In this document: positions 54,336 through 64,000 of the stretch, piece after piece
How the letters are laid out: each line of letters opens with the position of its first letter
Numbering within the stretch: position 1 is the stretch's first letter
NCBI GenBank assembly: GCA_964016885.1
Contig: OZ024748.1
Span: 52,886,001-52,950,000, forward strand
DNA length: 64,000 nt
Origin: Eledone cirrhosa
Lineage: Eukaryota
Direction: 5' to 3'
Program-made: the position numbers and the translations under genes
The notes under the pieces: model-generated
Told to the model about the DNA's origin: nothing
What the model saw: the letters and a program-made list of their open reading frames with translations, nothing else
Databases searched by the model: none

Positions 54336-57300
54336 CACACCCCAGTATATTACCTGATACAACACCACACCCCAGTATATTACCTAATACAATACCACAC
54401 CCCAGTATATTACCTGATACAACACCACACCCCAGTATGTTACCTGATACAACACCACACCCCACTAAATTACCTGATACAACACCACACCCCAGTATAT
54501 TACCTGATACAACACCACACCCCAGTATGTTACCTGATACAACACCACACCCCAGTATGTTACCTGATACAACACCACACCCCAGTATATTACCTGATAC
54601 AACACCACACCCCAGTATGTTACCTGATACAACACCACACCCCAGTATATTACCTGATACAACACCACACCCCAGTATATTACCTGATACAACACCACAC
54701 CCCAGTATATTACCTGATACAACACCACACCCCAGTATATTACCTGATACAACACCACACCCCAGTATGTTACCTGATACAACACCACACCCCAGTATGT
54801 TACCTGACAGAACACCACACCCCAGTATGTTACCTGATACAACACCACACCCCAGTATGTTACCTGATACAACACCACACCCCAGTATATTACCTGATAC
54901 AACACCACACCCCAGTATGTTACCTGATACAACACCACACCCCAGTATGTTACCTGATACAACACCACACCCCAGTATATTACCTGATACAACACCACAC
55001 CCCAGTATATTACCTGATACAACACCACACCCCAGTATGTTACCTGATACAACACCACACCCCACTAAATTACCTGATACAACACCACACCCCAGTATAT
55101 TACCTGATACAACACCACACCCCAGTATATTACCTGATACAACACCACACCCCAGTATGTTACCTGATACAACACCACACCCCAGTATGTTACCTGACAG
55201 AACACCACACCCCAGTATGTTACCTGATACAACACCACACCCCAGTATGTTACCTGATACAACACCACACCCCAGTATATTACCTGATACAACACCACAC
55301 CCCAGTATGTTACCTGATACAACACCACACCCCACTAAATTACCTGATACAACACCACACCCCAGTATATTACCTGATACAACACCACACCCCAGTATAT
55401 TACCTGATACAACACCACACCCCAGTATGTTACCTGATACAACACCACACCCCAGTATATTACCTGATACAACACCACACCCCAGTATGTTACCTGATAC
55501 AACACCACACCCCAGTATGTTACCTGATACAACACCACACACCAGTATATTACCTAATACAATACCACACCCCAGTATGTTACCTGATACAACACCACAC
55601 CCCAGTATGTTACCTGATACAACACCACACCCCAGTATGTTACCTGATACAACACCACACCCCAGTATGTTACCTGATACAACACCACACCCCAGTATGT
55701 TACCTGATACAACACCACACCCCAGTATGTTACCTGATACAATACCACACCCCAGTATATTACCTGATAGAACACCACACCCCAGTATGTTACCTGATAC
55801 AACACCACACCCCAGTATATTACCTGATACAACACCACACCCCAGTATATTACCTGATACAACACCACACCCCAGTATATTACCTGATACAACACCACAC
55901 CCCAGTATATTACCTGATACAACACCACACCCCAGTATATTACCTGATACAACACCACACCCCAGTATGTTACCTGATACAACACCACACCCCAGTATGT
56001 TACCTGATACAACACCACACCCCAGTATGTTACCTGATACAACACCACACCCCAGTATGTTACCTGACAGAACACCACACCCCAGTATGTTACCTGATAC
56101 AACACCACACACCAGTATATTACCTGATACAACACCAAACCCCAGTATATTACCTGATACAACACCACACCCCAGTATGTTACCTGATACAACACCACAC
56201 CCCAGTATGTTACCTGATACAACCCCACACCCCAGTATGTTACCTGATACAACACCACACCCCAGTATGTTACCTGACAGAACACCACACCCCAGTATGT
56301 TACCTGATACAACACCACACACCAGTATATTACCTGATACAACACCAAACCCCAGTATATTACCTGATACAACACCACACCCCAGTATGTTACCTGATAC
56401 AACACCACACCCCACTAAATTACCTGATACAACACCACACCCCACTAAATTACCTAATACAATACCACACCCCAGTATATTACCTGATACAACACCACAC
56501 CCCAGTATATTACCTGATACAACACCACACCCCACTAAATTACCTAATACAATACCACACCCCAGTATATTACCTGATACAACACCACACCCCAGTATAT
56601 TACCTGATACAACACCACACCCCAGTATGTTACCTGATACAATACCACACCCCAGTATGTTACCTGATACAACACCACACCCCACTAAATTACCTGATAC
56701 AACACCACACCCCAGTATATTACCTGATACAACACCACACCCCAGTATATTACCTGATACAACACCACACCCCAGTATGTTACCTGATACAACACCACAC
56801 CCCACTAAATTACCTAATACAACACCACACCCCAGTATATTACCTGATACAACACCACACCCCAGTATGTTACCTGATACAACACCACACCCCAGTATAT
56901 TACCTGATACAACACCACACCCCAGTATGTTACCTGATACAACACCACACCCCTGTATATTACCTAATACAACACCACACCCCAGTATGTTACCTGATAC
57001 AACACCACACCCCAGTATATTACCTGATACAACACCACACCCCAGTATGTTACCTGATACAACACCACACCCCAGTATATTACCTAATACAACACCACAC
57101 CCCAGTATGTTACCTGATACAACACCACACCCCAGTATATTACCTGATACAACACCACACCCCAGTATATTACCTGATACAACACCACACCCCACTAAAT
57201 TACCTGATACAACACCACATCCCAGTATATTACCTGATACAACACCACACCCCAGTATATTACCTGATACAACACCACACCCCACTAAATTACCTGATAC

Positions 57301-60090
57301 AACACCACATCCCAGTATATTACCTGATACAACACCACACCCCAGTATATTACCTGATACAACACCACACCCCACTAAATTACCTGATACAACACCACAT
57401 CCCAGTATATTACCTGATACAATACCACACCCCAGTATATTACCTCATACAACACCACACCCCAGTATATTACCTGATACAACACCACACCCCAGTATGT
57501 TACCTGATACAACACCACACCCCAGTATATTACCTGATACAACACCACACCCCAGTATATTACCTGATACAACACCACACCCCAGTATGTTACCTGATAC
57601 AACACCACACCCCAGTATGTTACATGATACAACACCACACCCCAGTATGTTACCTGATACAACACCACACCCCAGTATATTACCTCATACAACACCACAC
57701 CCCAGTATATTACCTGATAGAACACCACACCCCAGTATATTACCTGATACAACACCACACCCCAGTATATTACCTGATACAACACCACACCCCAGTATGT
57801 TACCTGATACAACACCACACCCCAGTATATTACCTGATACAACACCACACCCCAGTATGTTACCTGATACAACACCACACCCCAGTATGTTACCTGATAC
57901 AACACCACACCCCAGTATATTACCTGATACAACACCACACCCCAGTATATTACCTGATACAACACCACACCCCAGTATATTACCTGATACAACACCACAC
58001 CCCAGTATGTTACCTGATACAACACCACACCCCAGTATATTACCTGATACAACACCACACCCCAGTATGTTACCTGATACAACACCACACCCCAGTATAT
58101 TACCTGATACAACACCACACCCCAGTATGTTACCTGATACAACACCTCACCCCAGTATGTTACCTGATACAACACCACACCCCAGTATGTTACCTGATAC
58201 AACACCACACCCCAGTATGTTACCTGATACAACACCACACCCCAGTATGTTACCTGATACAACACCACACCCCAGTATATTACCTGATACAACACCACAC
58301 CCCAGTATATTAACTGATACAACACCACACCCCAGTATATTACCTGATACAACACCACACCCCAGTATATTACCTGATACAACACCACACCCCAGTATGT
58401 TACCTGATACAACACCACACCCCAGTATATTACCTGATACAACACCACACCCCAGTATATTACCTGATACAACACCACACCCCAGTATGTTACCTGATAC
58501 AACACCACACCCCAGTATGTTACCTGATACAACACCACACCCCAGTATATTACCTGATACAACACCACACCCCAGTATGTTACATGATACAACACCAGAC
58601 CCCAGTATATTACCTGATACAACACCACACCCCAGTATATTACCTGATACAACACCACACCCCAGTATATTACCTGATACAACACCACACCCCAGTATAT
58701 TACCTGATACAACACCACACCCCAGTATATTACCTGATACAACACCACACCCCAGTATATTACCTGATACAACACCACACCCCAGTATATTACCTGATAC
58801 AACACCACACCCCAGTATATTACCTGATACAACACCACACCCCAGTATATTACCTGATACAACACCACACCCCAGTATGTTACCTAATACAACACCACAC
58901 CCCAGTATGTTACCTGATAGAACACCACACCCCAGTATGTTACATGATACAACACCACACCCCAGTATATTACCTGATACAACACCACACCCCAGTATAT
59001 TACCTGATACAACACCACACCCCAGTATGTTACCTGATACAACACCACACCCCAGTATGTTACCTGATACAACACCACACCCCAGTATATTACCTGATAC
59101 AACACCACACCCCAGTATGTTACCTGATACAACACCACACCCCAGTATGTTACCTGATACAACACCACACCCCAGTATATTACCTGATACAACACCACAC
59201 CCCAGTATGTTACCTGATACAACACCACACCCCAGTATATTACCTGATACAACACCACACCCCAGTATGTTACCTGATACAACAACACACCCCAGTATAT
59301 TACCTGATACAACACCACACCCCAGTATATTACCTGATACAACACCACACCCCACTAAATTACCTGATACAACACCACATCCCAGTATATTACCTGATAC
59401 AACACCACACCCCAGTATATTACCTGATACAACACCACACCCCAGTATATTACCTGATACAACACCACACCCCAGTATATTACCTGATACAACACCACAC
59501 CCCAGTATATTACCTGATACAACACCACACCCCAGTATATTACCTGATACAACACCACACCCCACTAAATTACCTGATACAACACCACACCCCAGTATAT
59601 TACCTGATACAACACCACATCCCAGTATATTACCTGATACAACACCACACCCCAGTATGTTACCTGATACAACACCACACCCCACTAAATTACATGATAC
59701 AACACCACACCCCACTAAATTACCTGATACAACACCACATCCCAGTATATTACCTGATACAACACCACACCCCAGTATGTTACCTGATACAACACCACAC
59801 CCCAGTATGTTACCTGATACAACACCACACCCCAGTATGTTACCTGATAGAACACCACACCCCAGTATGTTACCTGATACAACACCACACCCCAGTATAT
59901 TACCTGATACAACACCACACCCCAGTATATTACCTGATACAACACCACACCCCAGTATATTACCTGATACAACACCACACCCCACTAAATTACCTGATAC
60001 AATACCACACCCCAGTATATTACCTGATACAACACCACACCCCAGTATATTACCTGATACAATACCACACCCCAGTATATTACCTGATAG
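54336..60090. repeat. 30-bp minisatellite, about 190 highly homogeneous copies
   Basis: Unit aacaccacaccccagtatRttacctgatac; the 30-bp phase is kept without indels throughout. Confidence 0.98.
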
Positions 60091-60091
60091 A

Positions 60092-60945
60092 TTAACTATC
60101 TTAACTAAACATCTTAACTATCTTAACTAAATATCTTAACTAACTTAACTAAATATCTTAACTAAACATCTTAACTATCTTAACTAACTATCTTAACTAA
60201 CTTAACTAAATATCTTAACTAACTTAACTAAATATCTTAACTAACTTAACTAAATATCTTAACTAACTTAACTAAATATCTTAACTATCTTAACTAAACA
60301 TCTTAACTATCTTAACTAAATATTTTAACTAACTTAACTAAATATCTTAACTATCTTAACTAAATATCTTAACTAACTTAACTAAATATCTTAACTAACT
60401 TAATTAAATATCTTAACTAACTTAACTAACTATCTTAACTAACTTAACTAACTATCTTAACTAACTTAACTAACTATCTTAACTAACTTGACTAAATATC
60501 TTAACTAACTTGACTAAATATCTTAACTAACTTAACTAACTATCTTAAGTAACTTAACTAACTAACTTAACTAACTATCTTAACTAACTTAACTAACTAT
60601 CTTAACTAACTTGACTAAATATCTTAACTAACTTAACTAAATATCTTAACTAACTTAACTAAATATCTTAACTAACTTAACTAAATATCTTAACTAACTT
60701 AACTAAATATCTTAACTAACTTAACTAAATATCTTAACTAACTTGACTAAATATCTTAACTAACTTAACTAAATATCTTAACTAACTTAACTAAATATCT
60801 TAACTAACTTAACTAAATATCTTAACTAACTTAACTAAATATCTTAACTAACTTAACTAAATATCTTAACTAACTTAACTAAATATCTTAACTATCTTAA
60901 TTAAATATCTTAACTAACTTGACTAAATATCTTAACTAACTAAAC
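60092..60945. repeat. AT-rich 22-bp (9+13) minisatellite
   Basis: ttaactaac and ttaactaaatatc subunits. Confidence 0.92.
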
Positions 60946-61142
60946 TAAACCATCATCACCGCCACCACCACCACCATCACTACCACCACCGCCACCACCA
61001 CCACCACTCCACCAAACTGCTCCCAAATATGTGTGTATATATATATATATACATATATATATTAATATATATGGTGGTGATGGTTTAGTTTAGTTAGTTA
61101 AGATATTTAATTAAAATAGTTAAGATATTTAGTTCTACATGC

Positions 61143-61207
<65 letters not shown>

Positions 61208-61307
61208 TCTATCCTGATGTATATACATATATACATATGTATATGTATATACACACGTACATATGTATGTATATGTGTATATACACATGTACATGTGTAT
61301 GTATATG

Positions 61308-61585
61308 CGTGGGGACATAGAAATAGTCGGGCTGGACACCCGATCGCGTGGTTAAACCACTGGGAGTGAAGGAGCCCTAGCCTTTCTCAGGGCATTCTTC
61401 TAGGGGAAGGCAACTCAGGAGACTGGGATAACTCCCATATAAAACCTGTGGCTCAGTAGTTACTGATGATGTTGATCTTTTCTTCTTCTCAGATTATAGC
61501 AACTGTCGCTCAGAGAGTGGGATTGGCTCAGTGCACAGTCTTTCCTCACTTTAAAAGATATCTTCACGCACCGGCATTGCATGAT
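61308..61585 (+). mobile_element. Probable RTE-type 5'-UTR fragment beginning in a truncated HDV-like fold
   Basis: GC-rich structured island directly after (TA/TG)n; motif order cgtgggg...gaaatagtc-gg-hairpin-gtgaa-ggagc. The family call is by resemblance only. Confidence 0.45.
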
Positions 61586-61597
61586 AGAATTAATTAA

Positions 61598-61785
61598 TAA
61601 TTTTTTCTACTTTTGGCACAAGGCCAGCAAATAACCCAGTGTATTACTGGTACTTTATTTTATCGACCCCGTAAGGATGAAGGCAAAGTTAACCTCGGCA
61701 TGATTTGAACTCAGAATGGCAAGGGCCGTAACTCTATGCGTCAAAGCATGGCATCCGACCCTCTACCGATACTGCCAATTCACCG
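61598..61785 (-). mobile_element. SINE family A with TSD attaattaataatt
   Basis: Family consensus and a flanking duplication. Confidence 0.9.
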
Positions 61786-61853
61786 ATTAATTAATAATTA
61801 TTAATAATGGTATATCATGCAATGGCCATACTCGATAACGAGGGGGCAGCCAT

Positions 61854-61895
<42 letters not shown>

Positions 61896-61969
61896 CTCTT
61901 GAAAAGCATTCATCTAAAAGCTGGGATACTGACACAAATTGCTTATAGTAAAGGCAATGATGTGTTGTA

Positions 61970-63540
61970 ATTGGTGGTGGTGGTTGTGTTAGTGGCGTTG
62001 GTGTTGTTGGTAGTGGTGTTGGTGTTGTTGTTGGTGGTTGTGTTAGTGGTGTTGGTGTTGTTGGTAGTGGTTGTGTTAGTGGTGTTGGTGTTGTTGTTGG
62101 TAGTGGTGTTGGTGTTGTTGTTGGTGGTTGTGTTAGTGGTGTTGGTGTTGTTGGTAGTGGTGTTGGTGTTGTTGTTGTTGGTAGTGGTGTTGGTGTTGTT
62201 GTTGTTGGTAGTGGTGTTGTTGTTGGTGGTTGTGTTAGTGGTGTTGGTGTTGTTGGTAGTGGTGTTGGTGTTGGTGTTGTTGGTAGTGGTGTTGGTGTTG
62301 TTGTTGTTGGTAGTGGTGTTGTTGTTGGTGGTTGTGTTAGTGGTGTTGGTGTTGTTGGTAGTGGTGTTGGTGTTGTTGTTGGTGGTTGTGTTAGTGGTGT
62401 TGGTGTTGTTGGTAGTGGTGTTGGTGTTGTTGTTGGTGGTTGTGTTAGTGGTGTTGGTGTTGTTGGTAGTGGTTGTGTTAGTGGTGTTGTTGTTGTTGGT
62501 AGTGGTGTTGGTGTTGTTGTTGGTGGTTGTGTTAGTGGTGTTGGTGTTGTTGGTAGTGGTGTTGGTGTTGTTGTTGGTGGTTGTGTTAGTGGTGTTGGTG
62601 TTGTTGGTAGTGGTTGTGTTAGTGGTGTTGGTGTTGTTGTTGGTAGTGGTGTTGGTGTTGTTGTTGGTGGTTGTGTTAGTGGTGTTGGTGTTGTTGTTGT
62701 TGGTAGTGGTGGTGTTGTTGGTGGCTGTGTTAGTGGTGTTGGTGTTGTTGGTAGTGGTGTTGGTGTTGTTGTTGGTGGTTGTGTTAGTGGTGTTGGTGTT
62801 GTTGGTAGTGGTTGTGTTAGTGGTGTTGGTGTTGTTGTTGGTAGTGGTGTTGGTGTTGTTGTTGGTGGTTGTGTTAGTGGTGTTGGTGTTGTTGGTAGTG
62901 GTGTTGGTGTTGTTGTTGTTGGTAGTGGTGTTGTTGTTGGTAGTGGTGTTGGTGTTGTTGTTGTTGGTAGTGGTGTTGTTGTTGGTGGTTGTGTTAGTGG
63001 TGTTGGTGTTGTTGGTAGTGGTGTTGGTGTTGTTGTTGGTGGTTGTGTTAGTGGTGTTGGTGTTGTTGGTAGTGGTAGTGGTGTTGAAGTTGTTATTGGT
63101 GTTGCTGTTGTTGTTGTTGTTGGTGGTGTTGGTGTTGGTGGTGGTGTAGGTATTGTTTTGGTTGTCTTAGTGGTGTTGAAGTTGCTGTTGTTGTTGTAAT
63201 TGGTATTATTGTTGGTGGTGGAGGTATTGATGGTGTTGGTGGTGGTGACGGTGGTGATGGTGTTGAAAATATCGTTTTTGTTGTTGCTGTTGTTGCTGTT
63301 GTTGTTGTTTTTGTGGTAGTTGTTGGTTGTGGTGATGGTGTTGAAAATATTGTTGTTGTTGCTGGTGGTGTTGGTTGTGGTGATGGTGATGATGGTGTTG
63401 AAAGTATCGTTGTTGTTGTTGGTGGTGGTGTTGGTGGTGTTGGTGATGGTGATGATGGTGTTGAAAGTATCATTGTTGTCGGTGGTGGTGATGGTGATGA
63501 TGGTGATGCATTGACAATGGTTGTGGTGGCTGAAAATGGT
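61970..63540. repeat. GT-rich trinucleotide-based minisatellite (about 54-bp superunit to about 63075) grading into (GGT/GTT)n
   Basis: Units ggtagtggtgttggtgttgttgttggtggttgtgttagtggtgttggtgttgtt. Confidence 0.9.
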
Positions 63541-63733
63541 AGTTTTGGTTTTACTAATGGTAATGTTCGTGGTGGAGATTCTGGAAATAGGATTTGTCGG
63601 TCCGGAGAGGTGGGGCGGGGAAGGAGCATTGTTTATTATCATTGGTGATGGCGGTGGTGGTGATAGTGTTATCAGTGAAGTGTTAGGGGGAAGTAGGGGG
63701 CAGTGTTGTTTTTAATGGTTTTGTTGGTAACTG

Positions 63734-64000
63734 TGGTGAAGATGGTGTGGCTATAATGGAGGTGGCAGTGATGGTAAAAGTGGAGAAGATGGTATGGCTA
63801 TAATGGAGGTGGTGGCAGTGATGGTAAAAGTGGAGGAGATGGTATGGCTATAATGGAGGTGGTGGCAGTCATGGTAAAAGTGGAGAAGATGGTATGGCTA
63901 TAATGGAGGTGGTGGCAGTGATGGTAAAAGTGGAGAAGATGGTATGGCTATAATGGAGGTGGTGGCAGTGATGGTAAAAGTGGAGGAGATGGTATGGCTA
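63734..64000. repeat. 50-bp minisatellite running off the window end
   Basis: Unit tggagaagatggtatggctataatggaggtggtggcagtgatggtaaaag. Confidence 0.92.

Noticed and set aside
54336-60090. CRISPR-like regular array
   Set aside because: Units are head-to-tail with no unique spacers, there are no cas genes, and the context is eukaryotic.
54222-60130. Giant ORFs of 1897, 1363 and 1020 aa ([20 protein letters not shown] and [10 protein letters not shown] repeats)
   Set aside because: They arise from a 30-bp unit that lacks stops in most frames on both strands. There are no unique domains, signal peptide or splice context, and near-identical units make long open frames expected.
61855-63642. 595-aa Pro/Thr-rich mucin-like ORF
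   Set aside because: It is a trinucleotide-based minisatellite open on both strands and ends in (TA)n; there is no non-repetitive domain.

Overview
AT-rich, microsatellite-saturated eukaryotic DNA with no complete host gene. The combination of long (TA)n/(TG)n/(GGT)n/(AAC)n tracts, tRNA-derived SINEs ending in (AAT)n or (ATG)n, and RTE LINEs suggests an octopus-like coleoid cephalopod; this is an inference. Almost all ORFs in the track are artefacts of simple repeats. Real coding remnants are a 5'-truncated but uninterrupted RTE reverse transcriptase carrying an embedded C4HC3 (PHD-like) finger (52916-54316, minus), several decayed RTE pieces, an L1/Tx1-type 3' end and a mariner transposase C-terminus. 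Minus-strand splice signals in the rare unique islands suggest the window is mostly 5'-UTR introns of a gene whose hydrophobic, signal-peptide-like N-terminus runs off the left edge. The most notable signals are: (i) a type I hammerhead ribozyme with an intact core and a tandem partial copy, in a small Penelope-like fold-back element inside a (TA)n tract (9997-10047), plus a degenerate second one in a similar element (19848-19898); (ii) many local fold-back inverted duplications and closely spaced inverted SINE pairs; (iii) a probable truncated HDV-like ribozyme at an RTE-like 5' end; (iv) a 5.8-kb 30-bp minisatellite with higher-order structure abutting the RTE truncation point.
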